Source: an uncultured Rikenellaceae bacterium (GTDB lineage: Bacteria; Bacteroidota; Bacteroidia; Bacteroidales; VadinHA17). From it: a DNA stretch of 64,000 nucleotides. A program made the translations under genes and the position numbers. Shown in pieces: positions 25,228-34,938 of the stretch (its first letter is position 1; each line of letters opens with the position of its first letter). The stretch spans positions 58,177 to 122,176 of the forward strand of contig CAZXFB010000007.1 in NCBI GenBank assembly GCA_964639725.1, given 5' to 3'. Under the pieces are notes generated by a model. The model ran no database searches, had not been told where the DNA came from, and worked only from the letters and a program-made list of their open reading frames with translations.

Positions 25228-28182
25228 CTATTGTTTTGGCAAAGGGATTCCTTCACTTATTACTGTTACCTGAACCCGGGGATTAATTCCTCCTTCAGAC
25301 TTGCAGTTGAAAGAGATTTTGTTTTCTCCATCCCTGATTGTGGGAATAGTTCCTTCAAATGAAACATCTTTAATGAACTCGCCTTTTTTTCCGAATAACT
25401 TGCAATCGGAAGCTGATTTGAATTCAAGATACATTCCAGGTTCCATTTTAACCTGAAAGAGTATCTTTTCACTACCAATGGTTACAGAAGGGTTTTCAAC
25501 CAAAACCGGAACCATTTGCAATGCCTTAACCGGGCTTATGAGACATCCCACATCCCTCCCCATTGGAATATTATTGTACCATAACTGAAGTTTATCTACG
25601 CTTTTAAATTGTACTGTGTGACGATATGAATCGTAAACATAAAAACCGGAATCGGGCCAGATGTAATTACTGAATTCAGCTGATTCAATCTCAACAAGTT
25701 CAAAATATTTCCAGCCTTTGAAATCTATTTTCACAAAATGGTCACCACGTGCACCATGAGAAATTTGTTTTGGGCTTTCAATCCTCAGATTCAGTAGTTG
25801 TCCGTTGCCATCTCCCTTTATCCATACTCCAAGAGCCTGATTTTTATCAAGATCAAGCCATGGATCAAATTTCTTCTCCATTTTGATCCACATACCTTCC
25901 TGCTGAGTTGAGTTTTTGTTCACAGCAGAAAACAGTGCAGTTCTCTCCCCTTTTACTTTTTCTACTGACACCTTTAACTCACCATAGACTCCTCCAGCTT
26001 TTCCTTCAACAACAAACTCGTCATTTTTTGAAAAATCAGCGATAACAACTGATGTAGGATCATTATATGATTTGACAGACATTAAAGGTTCTATCCTCAG
26101 CTTAACAGGTTGCCGGGCAAACTCATTATTCACAATCCATTCTGATGAAGGATGATCAGGTCCTGCAACCTTGTGTTTTCTGTACATAACAGGTTTAAAG
26201 TTCCAATCACCGTTCTCTTCCTTAAACAATGTGAACTCTCTGCCAGGCTGACGAAGAATAGCACGTACATTATCACTGAAATAATTCTGATGTCTTAATG
26301 TTTCGTATTGTTTTATAATTTCTGTGATTCGCCTGAAAAGAGGGGTCTCATCAAGTGTTTTTTTGTCAACACCTCCCAGCATCGACAAACCGGCATTATT
26401 ACCTATCATTTTACAGCACAGATATTCAATATCATCAGGAAAAGTGGGTTCTACCTGTGGAGGATTCCAAGTTTGATTGCCCCACCATCCGAGATGAAGA
26501 GGGAGAAGAAGTCCACCATTTTCAACCACCGAATATTTTTCAATCAATGGTGAATGGCCACGCCATAAACCATGTTCATTTTCATTTGACTTTATGATGG
26601 GTGGGAGGAACAACCGGGTTGATTTGATAGCTGCGGAATGAATGTCCTCAAATCGTTTATATCCACGAACAGGCCTGTCCCATGCCTGCCAGCGAGAACG
26701 GTAATGCCACCAGTGATGAGACATTGAACTCATCTCCATTCCAACAGGATGCTCCAACTGCCTTGCAACGGCAAATATAAACTTTGTTCCATAATACCAG
26801 AAGTTTTCTTCCCCGCCAAGTATATCACTGCCATCGATGGCATCGAAATATATTCCGTCAAATCCACAGTTGCTTACAATTTCTGCTGTTCTGCGAGCTA
26901 TTTCATCAAATAGGGCAGTTTCGGGGCCTGGTACAAACCTGCCAAACATCTCACGAAGGTGAAAGAGTTTCTCATCAACCGGGTGAGATGAAGCTTTTGT
27001 TCCGTTGACACCTCGTTTGCAGCCAGTAAATTTATATGGAGGTGTATCGGTAACACCACTGAATTCAATCAACTCACCACCAATTCGCAGAGATAGACTG
27101 TTTCTTACAAAAAAGCCGGTTGTAGTTGATATATCTGAAGTGGACTCCCTGACAATAATCGCACTATCATCGGCACCCATTGGTTCTGCCAGAGTAAATG
27201 AATTGAAGTATCCAAGATCTTCACTCGGAACAGGTGTTACATATTTTGAATTTTTATCAATAAAAAAAGCATAAGTATGAAAAATGGATGAAATTCCAGC
27301 TTCATGCAGTTTGTCATTTATGCGTTTATATGAATCCCAACCGTCAGGCCATTTTTCTTTATTAAGTTCAAAATCTCCAAATTTAAAAAATGCACCCCCA
27401 CCATGATTATCTATCTGATTAAAACCTAAACTTCGACACATCTCAATCCACTCTTCTACAGTACTTTCTGTAAGGGTTCCAAAGTTCATTAGGTATGAAC
27501 CATAACCCTCTTTCTGCATCAGAGCCCAGGCACCTCCCTTATCAGAATGAGGAACATCTTTTGCTTTCTCCATAATACTCCGGATAGCAGGTAATACTTT
27601 TGGATAAGGAAGACCAAGCAGATTAATTTCTGCTCCAACCAGTCCAAACCTGCTGTAACATGTTGCCCACAGATCAGTCTGGAGAGCAGGAATCTGACGG
27701 ACATGAGTAAATAGATTCATTGAAAGAACACATGCCCCAAACGGTTCGTATGGCATACCCTCTAGCTTTAAAGGAACATTAAGAAATGTCAGAGATTCAA
27801 TATCTCCGGTAACAGATTTAACTTTTAAAGTAATGTGGTCCTTTGCTTTCCTGAGAAGAATATCGGCCTTAACACCAGAATCACCAAAATCCATTAAAAG
27901 GTGATTACCTGAAATTCTTAACGAGCTAATATCATATTTCTTACTTTTACATGTAACAAAGGCACATTTTGAAACCGTGTCAGTATCGAGGTAATCCGTA
28001 CCTGTCACTTTATCAGTAAAATGAAGGTTTTTCCCGTCGCAACCAATCTTATAGAAAAAATTGCCATTTTCAATTACAACTGATTCTTCTGTTGCAGAAG
28101 AGCATTGATATAAGATTATACCAGCTAGAATAAAGCAGAATAACTGTAATATACGGTTCATTCTAAAAAAGATTATTTTCAT
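25228..28182 (-). CDS. Large secreted protein (984 aa) of unknown family, possible glycoside hydrolase
   Basis: A long uninterrupted ORF with a signal/lipobox-like leader (ILYQCSS). The central region alternates hydrophobic strands with helices and has Asp/Glu/Trp-rich loops (GFNQIDNHGGG, IYFDAIDGS, HLGWWGN). I recognise no named motif. Confidence 0.45.
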   Translation of the reverse strand: MKIIFFRMNRILQLFCFILAGIILYQCSSATEESVVIENGNFFYKIGCDGKNLHFTDKVTGTDYLDTDTVSKCAFVTCKSKKYDISSLRISGNHLLMDFGDSGVKADILLRKAKDHITLKVKSVTGDIESLTFLNVPLKLEGMPYEPFGACVLSMNLFTHVRQIPALQTDLWATCYSRFGLVGAEINLLGLPYPKVLPAIRSIMEKAKDVPHSDKGGAWALMQKEGYGSYLMNFGTLTESTVEEWIEMCRSLGFNQIDNHGGGAFFKFGDFELNKEKWPDGWDSYKRINDKLHEAGISSIFHTYAFFIDKNSKYVTPVPSEDLGYFNSFTLAEPMGADDSAIIVRESTSDISTTTGFFVRNSLSLRIGGELIEFSGVTDTPPYKFTGCKRGVNGTKASSHPVDEKLFHLREMFGRFVPGPETALFDEIARRTAEIVSNCGFDGIYFDAIDGSDILGGEENFWYYGTKFIFAVARQLEHPVGMEMSSMSHHWWHYRSRWQAWDRPVRGYKRFEDIHSAAIKSTRLFLPPIIKSNENEHGLWRGHSPLIEKYSVVENGGLLLPLHLGWWGNQTWNPPQVEPTFPDDIEYLCCKMIGNNAGLSMLGGVDKKTLDETPLFRRITEIIKQYETLRHQNYFSDNVRAILRQPGREFTLFKEENGDWNFKPVMYRKHKVAGPDHPSSEWIVNNEFARQPVKLRIEPLMSVKSYNDPTSVVIADFSKNDEFVVEGKAGGVYGELKVSVEKVKGERTALFSAVNKNSTQQEGMWIKMEKKFDPWLDLDKNQALGVWIKGDGNGQLLNLRIESPKQISHGARGDHFVKIDFKGWKYFELVEIESAEFSNYIWPDSGFYVYDSYRHTVQFKSVDKLQLWYNNIPMGRDVGCLISPVKALQMVPVLVENPSVTIGSEKILFQVKMEPGMYLEFKSASDCKLFGKKGEFIKDVSFEGTIPTIRDGENKISFNCKSEGGINPRVQVTVISEGIPLPKQ

Positions 28183-28228
28183 GGATTCTTAAATAGTTAT
28201 TAGATCCCCATAAAGATATGAAAATTAA

Positions 28229-29029
28229 TTACCAGCTTGTCCAACCGCCATCCACTAAAAGGTTATGACCTGTAATATATGCTGATGCCTCTGAAGCCAG
28301 AAAAACTACAGGACCTTTGATATCATTGTCTTCGGTAAATCTTCTTAAGGGAGTCAGCCGGAGGTAATTCTGAATAAATTCTTCCGGTAATTTATTCTTT
28401 CTTATTCCTGGGCCGTATCCTCCGGGGCTGATACAATTTGCCCGGATGTTGAATTTTCCGTAATAATTGGCAATCCATTTTGTAAATCCTACCATTCCCC
28501 ATTTCTCATAAGTATATGTTACAGCGCTGCTCATCCCCGTATCGCCATATACCCTGAAATTTGGACCAACAGCACCCTGAATAGAGCTGATATTGATGAT
28601 ATTCCCATCTTGCTGCTCTACCATTACCTTAAGTACTGCCTGTGTAAGCAGCATCAGTCCGGTGTAGTTGATCTGCTGGGATTTCTCCAGATCTTCTTTG
28701 GTAAGGATATCCAGATCTTTGCATCCTTCGCGGGACACAGCATTATTAACCAGAACATCAATATGCTTAAATCTTTTTACTATTGAATTCGTAAAATCAG
28801 TAATTGATTTTTCACTACCCTGGTCAAGTGCCATTCCCTCCACGTTAAAATTTTTCTTACTCAGTTCTGCTGCATACTCTTTGCATTTTTCCTCGTCCCG
28901 GGAGGCAATAATAACATGAGCTCCTGCCTCAGCGAGAGCCAGAGATATAGGTTTTCCATAGAGACCAGCTCCACCTGTAACGATAACCACTTTCCCGTCT
29001 AACCTGAACATTTCCATAAATTCTTTCAT
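28229..29029 (-). CDS. Short-chain dehydrogenase/reductase (SDR)
   Basis: VVIVTGGAGLYGKPISLALAEAGAHVIIASR (the TGxxxGxG motif), NNAV, and a catalytic S...YxxxK region (SSIQG ... YTYEKWG). Confidence 0.85.
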   Translation of the reverse strand: MKEFMEMFRLDGKVVIVTGGAGLYGKPISLALAEAGAHVIIASRDEEKCKEYAAELSKKNFNVEGMALDQGSEKSITDFTNSIVKRFKHIDVLVNNAVSREGCKDLDILTKEDLEKSQQINYTGLMLLTQAVLKVMVEQQDGNIINISSIQGAVGPNFRVYGDTGMSSAVTYTYEKWGMVGFTKWIANYYGKFNIRANCISPGGYGPGIRKNKLPEEFIQNYLRLTPLRRFTEDNDIKGPVVFLASEASAYITGHNLLVDGGWTSW

Positions 29030-29126
29030 TTATTGATAAATATTAAAAACTATTTTCATACAGTCTTATGTGCTCCCTAAACTATAAATAATCAATGATA
29101 AAAGAAAGCATATATTGATAGATTTG

Positions 29127-31550
29127 TTAAACCCCAGCCAATACCGATATCAGGTAACTACCGGAATTTAGTTTATATCCATTTCTGAAATCTCCATTTT
29201 TTAAATGAACAAATGATTCCTTACCATTCAATTGTCTGATAATGACTTTCTGTTGTCTGCCAATCTGCAATCTGACTGAGGCAATACTTCCTTCAGGAAT
29301 TTTTATTTCGTACTCCTGGTGATTTTTTTCCACAATTCTCCAATTTGAAATTATTTCCCCAAAAGGTGAATTATAAATACATTTTGCATAATCGAGACCA
29401 GGTGGAAGAATAGGTGCGATAATAAATCTCTTAAAGCCAGGATAATCCGGATCAGGACTTATACCTCCAAGACGACTGAAGAACCATTCAGTAACAGAAC
29501 CAAACATAGGATGGCAATTGGAATAGACATTATCACTCTCCTTCCATGTTTCCCACAGAGTTGTTGCTCCTCTGTCAATCATAAAACCCCAACCAGGATA
29601 AGAGGTGTTATTAACAACATTATACACTTCCATTGCATAATTGCTATCTGGAAGTGAATTCAGAATGTTCCTTGTTCCGAAAATGCCAGTAGTGAAGTGT
29701 CCGTGTGGGGTCGCTTTCAAAGCTTTTAAAAGAGAATCTGTGGCTCTACTAATTTCATGATCAGGAATTAAATTATAATATAACAACGTAGAAAAAAGAG
29801 TTTGCCTGTTAACAGGTTCCTGAACCGGTTTTCTCCAGTACATATCAAGTAACAATTCACTTAACTTATCAGTTAATACTGAAAATTTTTCAATATTTGA
29901 TCTGTCATTCATCAATTTGGCAAATCTTATCATTATTCTTGCGCACTCAAGGTAATGGGCTGTTCCAATCAGTTGGACAGGCACTTTTTCAAGCGACTCA
30001 TGATCGCTTAAACCTTTATCCACTATACCTGAAGGGTGTAGCCTTGCGACTTTCTCCATCCATTTAAGATCAAGGTTATACAAGTCTTTTACCAGTTGAG
30101 TGTCATTGTAATAAAGGAGTAGTTTGTATTGTGTAATAAGGAAAGCTGATTCCCAGCTTAAGCCACAATTTTTTATACCGACATATGGAGCTGTATCAAT
30201 AAAAATTGAATCCTGCATTGCATCTACCCAGTCATATACTGTTTTGCGGTAGAATGTTTGCATGTTAAAATTATAAATGAACGATTCACACACTGCATTA
30301 AGGTCGCCTCCATAACCGAATTTTTCCCGACCGGGACAATCAGACTGAACACTTACAAGGTTATTTAAGAATGTTCTTTTTGTCGCCTTCTGAATTGAGT
30401 TAAGGAGTTCAGATGAGCAGGTGAAAGTGTTGATATTTTCAACATTTGAGTTAAGTGCTAATCCCTCTATATCATTTTTATCAGGTTTTTTGGTCAATCC
30501 TGAAATTTCCATATACCTGAATATATGAAAAGTAAACTCCGGACTATACCAAATCTCTCTATTGTTTCCAAATATATAACTATCTGTCTGGCATGCTAAT
30601 GATGGTGATCCTGGCCCTCCCATTCTCTCTCTTTTCAGCTGTCCGGCTACTGTTGTCATTGGATTAAGCATACCATTTTCATAGAGTCTCTCTCCAAAAC
30701 GAAATTTAATAGTATCCCCTGCATTTCCTCTAAGTCTGATTTTATAAAGTCCGGTGAAGTTCACACCCATGTCAACAATATAAACATCTTTACGGGGTGA
30801 TAAAATATTTACAGGTGCTATAATTTCAGTGACCTGAACTGCAGGAAAAAAGGACTTTTGCAATCCGCCGCCGGGTCCATCCATAATTTTTACCTCTTTC
30901 CATTTAGAGTCATCAAAACCTGCTTTGTTCCAACCGGGAATCTCTTTTGCCGCATCAAAAACTTCACCCGTATATATATTGTTTTTAAGAATAGGTCCAT
31001 AAGCAAATTTCCAGGAATTATCTGAGTATATTTCTTCTTCCTTTCCATCAAGATAAACCAGTTTCAGATTAGCTATAAATCTGCTCCTTCCTACCGGAAG
31101 AGCATCACGAAGATTGTATCTTCCCCACATTTTCATCGGCAGAGGATTATAGAATCCGTTACCAGTTGTTACTCCGATACAATTGATACCTGCATGGACA
31201 CTTGATGTAATATCATATTCAGAGTAATAGATCCTTTTACTATAATCAGTCCAGGCAGGATCGAGATAATTTTTACCAGTTTTTTCTCCGTTGACTGATG
31301 CAATGTAATAGCCGGCAGCAGTAATATAAAGAAGAGCCGATTTAATATCCTCTTTTACTGTAAACTCTCTTCTGAACAAAGGTGCAGGGTCGTCTTCGTA
31401 GAACAGTGAGTCGTTAACAGGTGGCACTCTGGTATCGCTAATCCAGGAAGCTTTGCCCAGATCATCTGAGACTGGGACATATACTTTATTATCAGATCTG
31501 CTACAACTGTAACATAAACAAACTAAGAATATGAAAATTAGACGGTTCAT
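29127..31550 (-). CDS. GH78 alpha-L-rhamnosidase
   Basis: PLFRREFTV...ALLYITAAGYYIASVNGEKTGKNYLDPAWTDYSKRIYYSEYDIT matches the GH78 N-terminal domain signature. DCPGREKFGYGGD and TTLWETW are also present. An N-terminal signal peptide is present. Confidence 0.85.
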   Translation of the reverse strand: MNRLIFIFLVCLCYSCSRSDNKVYVPVSDDLGKASWISDTRVPPVNDSLFYEDDPAPLFRREFTVKEDIKSALLYITAAGYYIASVNGEKTGKNYLDPAWTDYSKRIYYSEYDITSSVHAGINCIGVTTGNGFYNPLPMKMWGRYNLRDALPVGRSRFIANLKLVYLDGKEEEIYSDNSWKFAYGPILKNNIYTGEVFDAAKEIPGWNKAGFDDSKWKEVKIMDGPGGGLQKSFFPAVQVTEIIAPVNILSPRKDVYIVDMGVNFTGLYKIRLRGNAGDTIKFRFGERLYENGMLNPMTTVAGQLKRERMGGPGSPSLACQTDSYIFGNNREIWYSPEFTFHIFRYMEISGLTKKPDKNDIEGLALNSNVENINTFTCSSELLNSIQKATKRTFLNNLVSVQSDCPGREKFGYGGDLNAVCESFIYNFNMQTFYRKTVYDWVDAMQDSIFIDTAPYVGIKNCGLSWESAFLITQYKLLLYYNDTQLVKDLYNLDLKWMEKVARLHPSGIVDKGLSDHESLEKVPVQLIGTAHYLECARIMIRFAKLMNDRSNIEKFSVLTDKLSELLLDMYWRKPVQEPVNRQTLFSTLLYYNLIPDHEISRATDSLLKALKATPHGHFTTGIFGTRNILNSLPDSNYAMEVYNVVNNTSYPGWGFMIDRGATTLWETWKESDNVYSNCHPMFGSVTEWFFSRLGGISPDPDYPGFKRFIIAPILPPGLDYAKCIYNSPFGEIISNWRIVEKNHQEYEIKIPEGSIASVRLQIGRQQKVIIRQLNGKESFVHLKNGDFRNGYKLNSGSYLISVLAGV

Positions 31551-31668
31551 TGTCTCTATCAGGTATTATACTAAAGAATAATCATCATTCAAAAAATCCA
31601 TCCCGAAACCAGTTTTCTGTTAAATCCTTATTAAATGAGTTGTTGTTACTCAGTTTAATAGTCTGGTA

Positions 31669-32601
31669 TCAACTAATATTATTCCCGGCTTTACGTAAAA
31701 TATTGTTAAAATTCTCAAAGAATATTTTTTTCTTCTGACGTTCATTTAATTTTGAAGCCATAATAGTTCCAACACCTTGATAATATGAACCATCTGTGCC
31801 AAAGAATAGTCTGTCCTCACCCAGATATTTAAGAGCAAAATCAATCATATTTCCTTCATTATTACTGCCAGCAGTATCAACATAAATATTCGGGTAATCT
31901 TTTATTGCCTTGCATGCGTATTCCCAGTCACCGCCTCCGCCAGTATGAGCGTACTGAAACATCGCTTCAGGATATCTTTTTGCTGCATCAACAAAGTTTT
32001 CCGGTATTGAACCATTAGGTTGTTTATTTCCATATTTTGTTCGCTGACCGCCAAAACCGAGGGAAGATGCAGCATGCACAAGAATAATCATCCTGAGGTC
32101 GATGAATTTTTCAATTATCGGATAGAATAATGGATCGTTTATTTTGACCTGATTATAAACCTTTAATCCTATCATTCCATGATCAATACATCTTTTTATC
32201 TCTTCAAGGGATTCTTTACTATAAACTGGATTAACAAAACAGCTCCCCAAATACCTTTCAGGATATTGTTTCATTGCCTTGAGTACGCTATCGTTGCACT
32301 TTCTGAATTCTTCAGGGGTTGCGATTGTTCCTGATGCTTCTGATATTGGCCTTGAGATTTCCAGTTTTTCAATTCCCAGTCTGTCAGCATAATCTATCTG
32401 AGATTCAATTGTACCACCAAGACCAACATGCTCATGGGCATCGATCTTCCTGTACTTCATCACCTCTGTCATAATAGTGAAATTTGGAGGTTCTGTCTTA
32501 CCTGTTGTACAAAACTCTGCATGATTATTACCAAGCATAATTCCTGCTGCTGAAAAAGCGCTAACCCTTATAAAGTTTCTCCTATTGGTTATTTTTGTCA
32601 T
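31669..32601 (-). CDS. Tat-leader amidohydrolase-superfamily metal hydrolase (amidohydrolase_2-like)
   Basis: Leader MTKITNRRNFIRVSAFSAAGIML. Motifs IDAHEHVG, ILVHAASS, YAHTGGG and FGTDGSY fit the TIM-barrel metallo-hydrolase pattern. Confidence 0.6.
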   Translation of the reverse strand: MTKITNRRNFIRVSAFSAAGIMLGNNHAEFCTTGKTEPPNFTIMTEVMKYRKIDAHEHVGLGGTIESQIDYADRLGIEKLEISRPISEASGTIATPEEFRKCNDSVLKAMKQYPERYLGSCFVNPVYSKESLEEIKRCIDHGMIGLKVYNQVKINDPLFYPIIEKFIDLRMIILVHAASSLGFGGQRTKYGNKQPNGSIPENFVDAAKRYPEAMFQYAHTGGGGDWEYACKAIKDYPNIYVDTAGSNNEGNMIDFALKYLGEDRLFFGTDGSYYQGVGTIMASKLNERQKKKIFFENFNNILRKAGNNIS

Positions 32602-32792
32602 CCCGGTGATAGATTTAAGTATTTTTAAAATTTATTCCATCGTGATCCTTAATTACTTATGTGCAACACATTGAAAAAATTGAAGAGAGTTTTTAAATAA
32701 ACATTTTTAATATAACACAGGATAAATATCCGTTAATTACAAACCCCGATTACCGGTTAATCTCACTTCATGTATTGTGTTTTAAAATTTTG

Positions 32793-33923
32793 TCAGAACA
32801 ATTCCTGGCAGGGTATTTCAACAAAAACTATCCTTTTATATTCATCCGCCTCATAAAGAAGACCAATATTACCATTTGGTAATTGTGTTAAACATGAATA
32901 GGCCGCACTACCATCATATACTGGAACTTCCTTTTGCCAATTGATTCCTTCATTATTGCTGACACGAACAACAAGATTTTTCCGTAATTTTCTATCAGCG
33001 GGATTTGAGAAAATAAGAAGAGATTTACTGTTAAATTCATAATTAATAAAACTACCCTGACAACCTGATTCAATTAATGCCAAATCATCAGACACTTCAG
33101 ACCATGATTCGCCAAAATCTTCAGTTACAGAAACTTGTCTGTATTCCTCACCTCTAGGCCTTCTCATATTTGCCATAATCCTGCCTCCACTCAAAACCGT
33201 GATCTGAGGTTCAGGATTATAGTCACCAACACCTTTGCTCATTTTCCATGTTTTTCCATGATCATTACTGTAAATTAGAAGTGTCTGTTGAGGCCCTTTA
33301 CCTCCCCTTGTCACAGTATACATTGGAAATACAATAACTCCATTTACATACAATCCGACACCAGGCCCATTCTGAAGCCAGAAATTCTTCCCTTTTGCTA
33401 AATAACTAAGATCAACAGGAGACGACCAAGTGTTTCCATCATCATTACTTTTTATAAGATGAATCCGCAAAATTCTCCCTATGTCACCTTGCGGATCTTC
33501 AACAGCATAGTCATAAGCGAGCCAGATGGTACCTGTTTGTTTATCAACAACCATACTTGGATCACACGCAGCATCATTATCAGGAAAATCAACAATAACC
33601 TTTGCTGCTGACCAGGTTTTCCCTCCATCCGAGCTTCTTTTCATAACAAGATCAATATTATTAGGGGCATCGCCCGGTTTATCCACACGGGCATCGCAAA
33701 CAGCAATTAATCTGCCACTTTTTGTTGTGACAAGCGATGGTATTCTGTACTCATTTACATTATTCTCCCCGCTTACAAATAAATTTTTGCTGAAAAATTT
33801 TTCCTGTGATGCGGCAGGCTCCTGAGAAGTTTCATAACTACTACCATGAATGATGAGAGATAAAGCCGGTATACCTGAGGCAATAATCAGTAAACTGAAA
33901 ATTTGATTTTTCATGATTTCCAA
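32793..33923 (-). CDS. Canonical GH33 exo-alpha-sialidase
   Basis: EYRIPSLVTTKSGRLIAVCDAR is the FRIP motif. Asp-boxes SSDGGKTW, SNDDGNTW, SNDHGKTW, TEDFGESW and SNNEGINW. AAYSCLTQL carries the Tyr nucleophile context. Signal peptide present. Confidence 0.9.
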   Translation of the reverse strand: MEIMKNQIFSLLIIASGIPALSLIIHGSSYETSQEPAASQEKFFSKNLFVSGENNVNEYRIPSLVTTKSGRLIAVCDARVDKPGDAPNNIDLVMKRSSDGGKTWSAAKVIVDFPDNDAACDPSMVVDKQTGTIWLAYDYAVEDPQGDIGRILRIHLIKSNDDGNTWSSPVDLSYLAKGKNFWLQNGPGVGLYVNGVIVFPMYTVTRGGKGPQQTLLIYSNDHGKTWKMSKGVGDYNPEPQITVLSGGRIMANMRRPRGEEYRQVSVTEDFGESWSEVSDDLALIESGCQGSFINYEFNSKSLLIFSNPADRKLRKNLVVRVSNNEGINWQKEVPVYDGSAAYSCLTQLPNGNIGLLYEADEYKRIVFVEIPCQELF

Positions 33924-33965
33924 TATATTTTGTTAAGTTGATAAATTGCATTTAATCAGTGTATT

Positions 33966-33984
33966 ATTCTGATAATATCAGAAT
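33966..33984. promoter_or_regulatory. 8-3-8 palindrome upstream of the GH33 sialidase gene (candidate operator)
   Basis: ATTCTGAT-aat-ATCAGAAT has perfect 8-bp arms. It lies about 43-61 nt upstream of the start codon at 33923, in the 87-nt gap after the Gfo/Idh/MocA gene. Confidence 0.3.
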
Positions 33985-34010
33985 CGAATCTTAAACAGGA
34001 GATTTGATAA

Positions 34011-34934
34011 TTACCTGTTTATAAAAATTGTTCTTCCACCCTGTTCTAGACTCTCTTTCCCTGCTATGAGTGTACGTATTATGTTACTAGTTTTAGCAAA
34101 TTCAAGCCGTGATTTTCCTTCCTCAACAGATCTTATAAATTCAATTATATTGTCACGGAACATTGAATATGAATTTCTGATTTCAACTATTTTCCATCCC
34201 TTCTGGCCAAATAATGAAATCTGAAATGTAGGAGTAATGTCCATGAAAATATTGATTATAACCTGAATCCCGTTATCATATTCGATATAAACAATATCTT
34301 TTTGTTCCCTGCCAATATTTTTAACAGAAACAGGATTAGGATCATCGAGAATTGCAACAACAGCTTCAAGTAAATGTACACCATATTTAATCCAGTCTTT
34401 TTTTCCAGTAGCAGTTACAAGTTCAAGTTTTCCCAGAGTTGCCGCTTCAGTTTTTGCCGTGCGGCACTCATTTGAATAACGCATTGATGAACCTGACATT
34501 ATCAATCTGCCTTTGGCATTTTCTCCTGCAAAATAATCAAGATCCTTCAGTGTAATTGCAAGTGGTTTATCAATAAAAACTGGAATACCTTTATCAATGA
34601 AATGCTTTGCCATCACTACATGGTTTTCAGGATCGTCACGTGTAAGTAAAACAGCATCTACTTTGCCGATCATATCTTCAATATTTCTTGAAATATTTTG
34701 TATACCTGTTGTTCCGGCAATACTCTGAGATATTTTCATATCCTGGGTCCAGACATGAGTAACAATTGCTGAATTTAATCCTATGGTATCCCTGTTAGCA
34801 TCTAGATAGGCAGATACTCCGGGGTACCCAACCTTTGTAATTTCCTCTGCATCATACTGACCGTTTATTATTGCAGCCCATGAATATGGATGAGCATTAC
34901 CCGGACTCATACCAATTATACCAAGCTTTAACAT
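34011..34934 (-). CDS. Gfo/Idh/MocA-like oxidoreductase (cytoplasmic)
   Basis: MLKLGIIGMSPGNAH N-terminus and an FIDKPLA (EKP-like) motif. No leader. The gap to the aldolase gene is 4 nt. Confidence 0.65.
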   Translation of the reverse strand: MLKLGIIGMSPGNAHPYSWAAIINGQYDAEEITKVGYPGVSAYLDANRDTIGLNSAIVTHVWTQDMKISQSIAGTTGIQNISRNIEDMIGKVDAVLLTRDDPENHVVMAKHFIDKGIPVFIDKPLAITLKDLDYFAGENAKGRLIMSGSSMRYSNECRTAKTEAATLGKLELVTATGKKDWIKYGVHLLEAVVAILDDPNPVSVKNIGREQKDIVYIEYDNGIQVIINIFMDITPTFQISLFGQKGWKIVEIRNSYSMFRDNIIEFIRSVEEGKSRLEFAKTSNIIRTLIAGKESLEQGGRTIFINR

Positions 34935-34938
34935 TATC

